64,000 nt of DNA from Marsupella aquatica (lineage: Eukaryota; Plantae; Marchantiophyta). Where the stretch lies: contig OZ316894.1 of the NCBI GenBank assembly GCA_973895155.1, positions 9,138,234 to 9,202,233 on the forward strand, given 5' to 3'. The position numbers were made by a program, and so were the translations under genes. Each line of letters opens with the position of its first letter. Positions within the stretch are counted from its first letter, which is position 1. The notes below the pieces were generated by a model. The model ran no database searches, was not told the origin of the DNA, and was given only the letters and a program-made list of their open reading frames with translations. Shown here piece by piece: positions 49,372 to 64,000 of the stretch.

Positions 49372-50663
49372 TCTTGCCAGGCTGGGCATTTCTAAGCTTT
49401 GGAGCGCTACAGAGTATGGAATTTGGATATGAGGATATGAAGTCCATCTTCTTCCGCTGATATCAGTGACAGTGATGTAATTTGATGTTTGATGCATCTC
49501 GTAAATGAGAGGGTTTTCGCGCATGCTCACTCGATGTTCCTCACCATGCGATGTCAATGGGAATGGATATTGGATTGTATGACTTTCTCCGAAGTGTGCC
49601 TCGTCAAGGTAGTCAAGGTTTGTAAGATTTGCGTCTGAATGACTTGGATCTTGATGTTGGGATCTTTCCCAATTTCCAAGTTTCTGGAGTAGTTGTTTCT
49701 CTGCTGCTCTCAGAGCAAAGGTTGTTGAGGTGGGTAAGACTAACTTGTATACCTGAGAGGCGGTTCTGTATATTAGGATCCTTCTAATCTTCAAGTTCCT
49801 GGGCGAGTTGTCTTCCTGGGCTCAGAGCTTGATGAAAGGTCGCTATCTCTCGTCTTGCCACACGTCCATTGGGTTTGTGACTTGTAACTGAACCATCTCA
49901 CTGGAGCATCGTCTGTTCTTTCCTAAGATGTCAGATTTGAGGTGGACTGGGGAACTAGACTGGTATGATGAGTGAACAAGTTTCGTTTTGAAACCCCCAT
50001 ATCCGTTCTCTTTCGCATGGACTGATATCCTGCAAAATAATCCACACCATACTGATATGGGAAAGAAAGGAAGCACTTCGGATCGCATGATCGTGCCTCC
50101 AAGAGAGTTACCATCTACCATCGCGATTTACTCTAGAAAGGTAGGAATGGATAAGGCGAATCATTTATTAAAGTTTGTGTTTTCAGCGATACTTCTCAAA
50201 GTTGACGTATGCCGGATATCTGCCTTATTGGAGTGCTCAAGTGATTCTTTTTATTCGGTGGCACTTACTGAAGTTTGCATGTGCTTTATTTATGCCTTAT
50301 TGGAGTGCTCAATTGATGCTTTTAGTCAGTGGCACATTTTAAAGTTGATATGTGCATTGTTGGGGTGTCCTGTTTTATACTTTTTTGTGAATGTGAATTC
50401 TATCCTACCCCTTTTCCAAAGGACTCATTATCCCCCTTTACCGGCTTCGTGTCAATACATTTTCAACTCATTAATTTATTAAATATTTTATTCATGTGAA
50501 GGGTTTGTTCAAAGGCACATGAAGGGCCCAAACTTTCCATGTACATCCCTACAGTAGTCACAAGCACAGTCCAAATAATAAAAACATATGACTTCCCAAG
50601 TGTTGAGACCCTCCATGTCCATCCCTCCTCACAAGCACAGTCCAGATATTAAAACACATTATT

Positions 50664-51075
50664 CCCCAAAAATCTATTGCCTATGTCTTTACTCTAAGCC
50701 ATATTTCATGAAAGGTAAACTTTGGTCACAATATATAAAATAAACTAGACCAATGCCAATGCATTGTACAATTGTTCCACAAAAATCTATTGCCTATGTA
50801 CTCTAAGCCATATTTCATAAAAAGTAAACTTTGGTCACAATATATAATTTAAACTAACCCAATGCCAATACATTGTACAATTGTTCCCCAAAAATCTATT
50901 GCCTGTGTCTTCACTCTAAGCCATATTTCATGAAAGGTAAACTTGGTCACAATATATAATATAAACTAGCCCAATGCCAATGCCTTGTATTGTGGTCATG
51001 TTCTTGTTAGTGCGCCCATGCATTGTACAATTGTCATTGTGGTCATGTTCTTGTTAGTGCGCCCATGCATTGCAC
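50664..51075. repeat. Tandem repeat of about 110 bp x3, followed by a roughly 48-bp duplication
   Basis: aaaaatctattgcct...actctaagccatatttcat...ttggtcacaatatataa...caatgccaat occurs three times; attgtggtcatgttcttgttagtgcgcccatgcattg occurs twice. Confidence 0.95.
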
Positions 51076-51346
51076 ATAAATATGGAAATGAGGTATAAAA
51101 AAAATGGAGGTTAGACAAGCAACTGTTGTTGTTCTAGCTATGTTGTATGTGATTGCAAAAGTGTCGTCCAATTGGTTGGGTGGTAGATTTCCACAAAAAT
51201 GTTGTCATTTCTGTCCACATTGCTGTTCCAAAAGTGATGTTTCCCCAGGAGGGTGTAGGCTCTTTGGAAAAACAAAGATTTTTCTGTTTTTCTTTCCTGT
51301 CTCTTTTTTTCTTCTTTTTTCACCCTCCCTTTTCTCTTCTCCCATT

Positions 51347-51893
51347 ATAGCATGCTCATCCTAGAACATGCTTGATATTTTGTGTTATAGTGATCTGTAA
51401 GTGAATCAAATAAGAGAGTAGAACTAGAATAGGACATGCAAAGTAAAGCACATAGTGACCAATGCAAAGTACACTCAATGACCAATGAAAAGTAAATCAG
51501 GTGCTATGACACAAAGGGACTACGAATGTGTGCATTTAATTCAATGTGCCTTATTGATGATACTCAATTCAATAAAAACCATAAACTTAGGGAAGAAAGT
51601 CATGAGGGGAACTTAGACACCATGTGTTCACCTTTGTTTATAATCATTTTTCTCTCATGAGAATACTTAAATTGATAAAAATTAAAGTCATTGGAATTAA
51701 AAATTAAGAGGGCTGCCAAAATGAGTTTGAAATTATTTAAGATACCAAAAATTAAAGGGGTTCAAAAATTAATTAAAATCTATAGAATACAAAGGATGCC
51801 CTTTGATAAGGCACATTGAAATGAAAATACATGACACAAATTATGAATAAGACAAAATCTGAAAAGTGCATTCACCATATAGGAGCTTCAAAA
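51347..51893 (-). repeat. Dispersed repeat copy 2 (inverted relative to 38868-39459)
   Basis: See copy 1. Confidence 0.9.
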
Positions 51894-53030
51894 TTTGGTC
51901 CTATCCCGTCCCCACTCTCCATCCTATCCCGTCCCCATGCAAGGGCGGGGCAATGAGGGCGATGGAGGGTGTGTTTGGGAGGGCATTCGGAGGGTGTCTT
52001 TGGGAGGGCTTTCGACAAGGAGTGAAAGGGCAAGGTCAGGGCAAGGCACAGCAGAGGGGAATAGGATTAGGAGGGGGTTTTTGGCGCATTGAATGGTTCT
52101 GAAAAGCAAATAGCTATGATTTGTTCCCGCCCATTTCACATTTGTACTTTTTGTGGACAGACTAGAGTGTAGGGAAGAATTGGTGGGATTCCATATTAGA
52201 GTGGTAGATTTTCAACTAGACTAGACACAAATGAGTCATCAATGAAAATCCTTGATCAATTCTATTGAGTCTTTGGCACAGTAAGATGACCAACAAGAAT
52301 CAACCAGACACGCACAATGATTTATGGATGAAAGTTTTCGATCATTTGTGTGAGTGTCATTGTTTCATCCTGGTTAGTGCACATGCATTATCTGGATTCT
52401 GGCTTGGAACTTGTGCACTAGACTTCTCCATTTCTAAATTCTAGTGCCACAATCTAGACCCTTCGATCCTGCAAGGAGAATCGATCGTACGCATTAGGTG
52501 AGAGATAACTCGGCTCAGATAAAAAGGAAAAATGAGTTTCACGCTAATGATATGAAAAGTCATCTGTTCCCTCTGCAATAACCTTCCAGATGCAACTTCT
52601 CTACTCTCGATTGCACTTGCATGACAATGTCTTGGGCCCAAGCATCTCCCCCTGTTTCGTGTTTCGTCACATTCCTGTCTGTACCCAGCCTTTTGTGAAG
52701 CTCAGGATGATAATAGACAGTCATTTGGGTCCATGAGCTTCATCCAACACTGTATGTCAACTAATGAGTTTCTCTGAGCAGAGCACTTTCTCTGAGCCGC
52801 GCACTTTCCGTAGGTTTGAAGTTCTAATGAATCCATGATCCACCTGAACAGCTGGAGACTACTTGAAGGAGCCCGTTCTAATGAGTCCATGATCCATCTA
52901 CACAGCTGGGAACTGTTTAAAAGAGCCCGACGCTGCCATCCTCAGCTCTTACTTCAATTTAGCGGACCAGTCTCATTCAGATCTTTCCAATTTCAGAAGA
53001 GAGAGAACCACACATGAAAAATTTCATACT

Positions 53031-53545
53031 TACCAGCTCAAATCCAACAGAGGAAATGCTTACCTGAGATTTGTAGATCACAGGGGTCCAATAAATAAAA
53101 GTGCCAGAATACAGGGATGAGAATTGTAATACATAGGCTGATCTAAACCCTAAACCCTCTGAAAAGTCCTCACCTATCTCTATGCACAAATCTGAGCCAA
53201 CTCCGTATAGGGATCTTTCCAAGTTTAAAAGAGGGAGAACTATCTTGGAAATGTCCTACCTACCAGCTCAAATGCAACAAAGTAAATGCTTACCTGAAAT
53301 TTTGGAGTGCACAGGGTTCCAAAAAATAAAACCGCCTGATCACAGGAATGAGAATTATAATACATCATACATACTGAGCAGCTCAATTGCAACAGTGGAA
53401 ATGTTTAGCTGAGCTTTGTAGTGCACAGGGTTCCAATAAATAATACCGCCTGATTACAGGAATGAGAATTATAATACATAAGCTGATCTGACCTCTGAAA
53501 AGTCCTCACCTACCTCTATACACAAATCTGAGCCAATTCCCGTAC
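53031..53545. repeat. Triplicated 105-180-bp unit downstream of the FHA gene
   Basis: cagctcaa..caaca..aaatg..cacaggg.tccaa..acagg.atgagaatt.taatacat at about 53034, 53264 and 53379. Copies 1 and 3 also share ctctgaaaagtcctcaccta...cacaaatctgagccaa. Confidence 0.9.
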
Positions 53546-54096
53546 ACAGATCTCTAACCGGTAAAGAAAGAAGGTAATCGGAATGAGAGAAGCGTTAACG
53601 AATCCTCTCTAATTGCAAGCTAATGCATCTAACCTACGGTGCGCATTGTTACGCGGATGGGATGGGTCTTGAGAGATCTTTACTCTGCATCATCTTCAGC
53701 CCAGACAAACTCAACAACTTCTAGAGACTCCGTGCTGAGTGAGATAGACCTCCTGGTTACGTGTAGGAAAAATTGCGCATGAGCGAACACACAATTACCA
53801 GCCCAGCAAAACGAGATTTGAGTGTTGCTCGACAAATGTAATAATGTGAGCTTCCTTCCTTCCATGTTCCTATCTTCAGAATCACTGATGAATGAGAGGC
53901 TGCAAAATATACACCAAAATTTGTGGCCAAGACGAACTGCACTAGAATTGAAAACCAACTCATGATTTTCGTTGCTTTAAAGGGAGCCCTTCTAAAATAT
54001 CCCCTCATTCCCGTATTTAACAAACCTTCAAGGGAGAGGTATTATCTCTAATTTCGCTTTGGTTGGTTCCACGGATGAATCAGGAAATGATCATAA

Positions 54097-56549
54097 TCAT
54101 GAGTCTTCGTCATCGCCAAAAAGATCATCATCATCGTTGGGATCATAATTCGCTGTTGTAACTTCGTTTTCTTTTGGCAGAGCCTCTGGCAAAGAGACTT
54201 TACTTGCCACTGTGCCATTGGAAGCCTTCTCCTTAGAAACGTCATTGTTAGTAGTTGCACCCTCTTCTTCAGCACTGGTTTGAACTGTTGCCCAAGACCC
54301 TCCAGCGATGCCGCCAAGGGACTCCCCATACATATCCCCGTAAAGGCCACCACCTTTGCCAGGAGATTTGACCTTGTCAAGGTACTGCTTAAATCGCTGA
54401 GTCACACCCTGTGATGAACCACTTTCTGCCTTGCGCGCAGTGTCCTCCTGACCCTTTGGAATCACGGTAACCTGGACAAGAGATTCATATTTGCCCACAA
54501 GACTACCTTCCCTCACTCCCACTGGACCAGGTTCAGTGCTCACATCCGCCCCATCTGAAATGCCAACAACTTCAGCGAGACTACCACCATAATCATCTCG
54601 GAAAGAAACACGAGTATTTCTTGCTTTCTTTGTTGGCCTTTCCTCCACTGCTGACAAGTTACCGCCTGATCTTTTGGACACCTTCGAAGCATCCGTCAAA
54701 GGACTGGGAACCCCAAGTCTATTCAAAGCGGTGTTGTATGCCAGGACAGCTTCTTCATCCGCAGGATCAGGAGCTGGGGGCAGCACAACGTCTGTAGGAG
54801 GGGGAGGGGGCACCACAGGAGTCGGGATATTTTTCCTCAAAACATAGCTTCGGGTAGACGCAGCAAACCGCAGCGACTGCCCTACCTCGAGTTCAACGGG
54901 ACTGTCCTTCGTCAGGCGCTCATTGGCAACAAATGTCCCATGAACAGACCCCAGATCAATCACATAGATTCTGCAAACAGAGATAGAACCAATTGTGAAA
55001 CTCACGAAGCAGATGTCATTATCAGACCACCTTGAGGACTTGAGCAGACAATTTCAGCTATATATTCGCCCTCCCCAAGAGCAGAGTAAGCTTTCCTCAC
55101 TTCGAACCATTACTACACCTCAACACCTGCATTTGCAACCGGGTTTCATACACACAATTGATCCTCAATAGCTGTCAACCAGCTCTTAGGCCGTCATCAC
55201 ATTCGACGCCTCATGAAACGAGATGGTAAGCTTCATCACCTGGATAAGCTAAGTTACGTCTACAGTTCCCCTCTTGCTTGCTAAATGACAGAAGGAATCT
55301 GCAAGGTTGCTTCTTTCGAGATCTGGAACGAAGGTTTAACAAGCTGCATCTCTGATAGGGAGCACTCACCTCTAGAAAGCTCCTCTAATGCTATATCACT
55401 GTCAATACCAAGGTAAAATGTACGAAATGATTCCGCAATTCAGACTGCCTAGGATAGTTCATTCGCTTCCAAGGCACGAAACATGACTGTGAGCAGAACA
55501 ATGTCAGCGAGATTTAGGTCTAGCTTACGCGTAACGATAGGTTTTGGGTAATGGTTGTATAATTCAGGTAGCCTCAGAGAGGGTTATCCGTTTCCAAGAC
55601 ACTCAACCAAATTACTTAAGCAAACACGATCAATGAGATATAGGTGGAGCTAGTCATCACGACAGATTTAGAGTCATGGTTGTACAACTCACGATTGCAA
55701 AGAGAGTCCATTCCTTTCCAAGACACTAACCTCAGTGATAGACCAGCGGGATTTAGGAATATTTAGGGTTTGATACATAATTTTTTTTGAATTCAGGTTG
55801 CCTGCGACGTTCATTCGCCTCGAAGAGAATAACCAACATACGCAACAAGAGGAGGCTAACGAGATTTAGGCACAACTCCGGTTCGTTGGACAATTCAAAA
55901 GTAGCCACAAAAATAATAAGTGTGGCTCTTGAGATCATTTATCTCCCACATACACCTCAGAGCGCAGCATTCAGCAGGCTTCCGCTCCGTTCTGTCTTGT
56001 GAAAGATACAGAAAAGATTGGCGAAAGGGACAAATGGGACACACCAACACAAGTAGATACGTACCCGCCATTCTTATGGAGAACAACAGCTGCGTGTTGT
56101 CGAGAGACGGAGGGATGGTCCAAAACTAAGTCGCACATGAGATGCTGACGGCCAAATATCAAGCGCTTCCTGTCCACAGTGATCTTATCAACGACCTCCC
56201 CATCCTTCATCACATCCAGCCAATACACCAAAGATTTCGGTTCTGTCGCCCAATCTGGAGGCTGCCATGTCGATCCTCCTGCCCCGAAGGCAGTCGTCGA
56301 TACCGGAGGAGGACCTGGAACCGCAGCCGCAGCAGCAGGAGCAGGAGCTGCAGCAACACCATTATTGGAAAGTCGAGTACTGGCGAGGGAAGGGACCTGG
56401 AACTGCTGTAGATAATGCTGCTCAGGAGGTGGGGGAGGCTGCTGCTGTTGCTGCTGCTGCTGAATTAATGAAACCTTTTGTTGCGTCACGGAGAACGGCT
56501 CGGCTGCGGTCGCTTTTTTGAACCTGTCGAGGCCGAATCTATTCATCAT
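54097..56549 (-). CDS. FHA-domain protein, NIPP1/PPP1R8-like PP1 regulator, 452 aa; exons 56549-56065 and 54970-54097
   Basis: FHA motifs FGRQ...CD...DHPSVSRQHAAV...IDLGSVHGTFV...LRFAASTR; RVxF PP1-docking motif RVSF (54612-54601) after a basic KKARN stretch; polyQ/P N-terminus; phase-2 GT-AG intron. Confidence 0.92.
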
Positions 56550-57041
56550 GCTTCTCAATCAGTCAGGCAATGGGAAAAACGAGCGGCGATCGATATCGAT
56601 CTTAGACAGACTTCTTCTGCATCACTCCTCCACTCACAGTCAACAGTGCACCATTGCCGCATCAGAAGCAGAGTCGTATACAATCATCATCACTCTAGGT
56701 CTTCTCTTCAAGGCGTTTGGTCGTCCGCGACCGACCACGTGAAGAACCGTCTGCCAATTTCAGCACTGAGCGACAACCTCCACATTGTCCCGGGGTCCAA
56801 TTTCCCCCCGTCCGCCCTCGGCCAAAATTCTTACTGCTAAGAAGAAACTCCTACTCCGTTCTCCTCCAGGACAGACGAAAGGAACGGACGAGACCTAATC
56901 TCATGGTGACGATGCAGAGTTAGTGATGAAAGCGCCGATACGCGCAGCGTTGGGGTTCGGAATATTAGCAATGCCCATGGCAGGAACGGTTTATAACCTA
57001 CGGCCGATTCTAACGACCTCATCATCATCCATTTCGTTCCA

Positions 57042-57126
57042 TCTCCTCTCCTCTCCTCTCCTCTCCTCTCCTCTCCTCTCCTCTCCTCTCCTCTCCTCTC
57101 CTCTCTCGTCTCGTCTCGTCTCGTCT
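57042..57126. repeat. Compound (CTCTC)n/(TCGTC)n microsatellite
   Basis: Read directly from the sequence. Confidence 0.97.
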
Positions 57127-58283
57127 TACATGGGACTTAAAAGAAACCTGTGGCCTCGTCCCGGGAAATCAATTCAGGGGGAAAAAGAAAGAAGCCCTCC
57201 GAGGCATAGGAATGAATGATTGGAGGCGATTTCAGCGGCTGACCTGCGCATCGACTCCCACGCCAGGAGACGCAAATCAGACAGAGACCAATTCCGAGCT
57301 CGCCAGGGGATTGACAATTGATTAGTACGCAATTTCTTGCCAGTGAAGGCCGAGCGAGTGGGAGAGGCGAGCCAGAGGGCCAGACAGACAGCAAGGGGTC
57401 GATGAAGAGAGAGATCCGAAAGCTTTGATCGCCACCACCACGACCATCACGCATCACCGGCGGATGAGCAAGAGTGGTTTGGAGAGAGCCATTGAGAAAC
57501 CTCGAATTGACAGAGGAGGAGACGACAATTCGAGCTGATGACAATTCGAGGAGAAATGTGGGAAACGAATGTAAGAAGAGAGAACGAATGACAGAGCCGA
57601 GAAATTGAAGTCTGAATACACGTTTGCCAAAATGCTCGGATATACTTTTGCAACCCGGATGGACCCAGCAAACCCTCGTTTGGTCTCATATAGTATCTAT
57701 TTAGACCGACGTGTGAAACGTGGCTAGAAAAAAAAACACTTTTTTTCTCATATAATACATATCAGATGAGTGAAATGTGGCAAGAAAGAGAGACCGTCAT
57801 CTTTGTGCATCTATGTCTCTCAATTCTCAATGAGATTTGACCATATTAGACTCATTGTAAAGATACTGCACGTGAAAGTTAAGTCATGAAAAACTTTAGG
57901 TAGCATAAAGTGTAAATGTAAATGTAACTCCCTTAATGTCTCATGAAAACTACAAATATTACTCTGGTTGACAATTTATTTCTAATGAACCCAAGAAGAG
58001 CCAATTCAATTAGATATCAAAAGATTGAAGGTCAAACTTTGCTGTGGACAACAGTTTGGAAAGGAGAAGAATGTCAATGAGTGACGGTGTAAAAGTTCTC
58101 GGGGTGCATGGTTCACGGGTGAAACCATGGGAGTATCGTTTTCCAGAATGAAATGTCTTCTCACAATGGGTCTCTAGTGGTTGATGCTTAGCTGGACGGC
58201 AATGCTTGACCTCAGAAATTTGGATGGACCAAACACTTTTTGACACCCAAAGGAGTGGAAGTTCACCGTCTCGCACTCGCATA

Positions 58284-58636
58284 TCTTACTATTAACCAAC
58301 TCAAGTCTAATTTTAAGAGCCTAGGTCTAGAGTGAAACTTCTAGACTCTAACTCTATGGCCATCATGTGCATGGGAGAAACTCATGACATGATGTATGTA
58401 CATACCAATTTTCCTTGATAATTTCTATATGCACTATGGCCCCACCACAACATATGTGCATTAAAAAATACTCATATGCACATAAAGGAGAAGGGTACAT
58501 TATATATGACTATTAAAATGATGAATTTTTTTTATCATTTCATTAATCTTCAAAGAATATGGATAAAAAATATATTTTTATAATTTTTTATTGTACTCTC
58601 TGCTATTACGTTCAAAGAATGGGTAGTCGGGGCTAG
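58284..58636 (+). mobile_element. Non-autonomous Helitron, family A copy 2 (353 bp)
   Basis: a|TCTTACTATTAA ... cgttcaaagaatggg tagtcggggCTAG|t; colinear with 20355-20768. Confidence 0.85.
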
Positions 58637-59522
58637 TGCTATAGAAGAGAGCTCTATAGTTGACAGCATCACACAGAGAACAACTCCTAGTCATATATCA
58701 TTTACAGCATCTGGCTAAATTCCACTTATGGGATAGTTTTATTTTAGGGTGCTCGCATAGAATTAAGAGAGCTTTAGAAAGGACTGGTTTTCTACTTTCA
58801 CACATACAGAATGCCGTCCACATTCCAGTCCTTTCTAAGGACTGGTTCTCTACTTTTCACACATACAGAACGCCGTGCAAAGGAGAGCTTATGAAGGTGG
58901 AGGACTAAAGCCAGGGCCTGACATCAAGGTCATCCAAATGCTACAAAAGGCCTTCAAAAGCCTTGTACAACTAACCATACCCACAAATCTACAACCACAA
59001 CCAGCCTTGTGCTATGGACCCACAAAGAATAACAACCAGCACTTCGTTTTCAGTCGCACCCTTGCCCAGTTTTAATATTATCGGTGGTCATCCAAATCCT
59101 TCCAAATCGCCTTCACAGCCATATACATGGTGGCAGAAACTCTCCAGGTTGCACTTTATTTGTGGGAGTCCAGAAACCTTGATGAATTGTACAACCAACC
59201 ATACCGAAATTTACAACCACAATGAGGCTTGTGCCATGGACCCAAAGAATAACAACCAACACTTCGTTTCTGCCAAACCCTTGTGCTTGGCTTCAGATAC
59301 ACAATTGCAGCAAACACCGGACTAATTCCGGCTAGAGTGGATCACGCAACTTCAATGCTACTCAAAATCATGCGGCTGCCGTCCACAGATCTGGGGCGTG
59401 TGGACTGCCTGTAACTAGGACCTACCAAACTATACAGCTTGCAATGCCAAGCTTGGACACAGGAAACTGGGAAGATCTTGAAAGGGACCATGAGGTTGGC
59501 CCTTTACACGCTTCTAATGTCA

Positions 59523-64000
<4,478 letters not shown>

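Noticed and set aside
50664-50990. CRISPR-like look of the tandem arrays here and at 21075-21450 and 31896-32010
   Set aside because: The units are head-to-tail with no unique spacers, there are no cas genes, and the DNA is eukaryotic.
52697-52950. miR390-like words (aagctcaggatg and gacgctgccatcctcagctc) suggesting a MIR390 or TAS3 locus
   Set aside because: Only about 10-12 nt match, the two words are in opposite orientation (TAS3 needs two same-strand target sites), and there is no extended hairpin pairing.
53143-53160. ctaaaccctaaaccct telomere-like motif
   Set aside because: Only two units; too short for an interstitial telomeric repeat and not in a promoter position.

Overview
This is eukaryotic land-plant nuclear DNA with GT-AG introns, not a prokaryotic window. 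A bryophyte/liverwort-like source is inferred from gene content and architecture, not proven. No CRISPR array, rRNA or intact tRNA was seen. Genes from left to right: (1) a stop-free minus-strand frame of about 2,300 codons (1-6955) that runs off the left edge and is missing from the ORF track, possibly spliced to the 364-aa ORF at 7393-8487; (2) an orphan 229-aa gene; (3) a two-exon A20/AN1 zinc-finger SAP gene; (4) a three-exon secreted precursor with an RRLL site and several Asp-Tyr (RGF/GOLVEN- and PSY-like) peptide modules; (5) a small plastid-targeted membrane protein; (6) a tail-anchored 169-aa protein; (7) PrmA L11 methyltransferase; (8) a NIPP1-like FHA protein; (9) the 3' part of an MSP1/ATAD1-like AAA ATPase. 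The intergenic DNA holds four small non-autonomous Helitrons in two families, two of them with empty paralogous sites visible nearby. It also holds four MITEs with CTCGG-type ends and perfect 8-bp TSDs, a decayed Myb/SANT ORF and many local tandem duplications. All gene models were assembled by hand from splice signals and reading frame; no database search was run.
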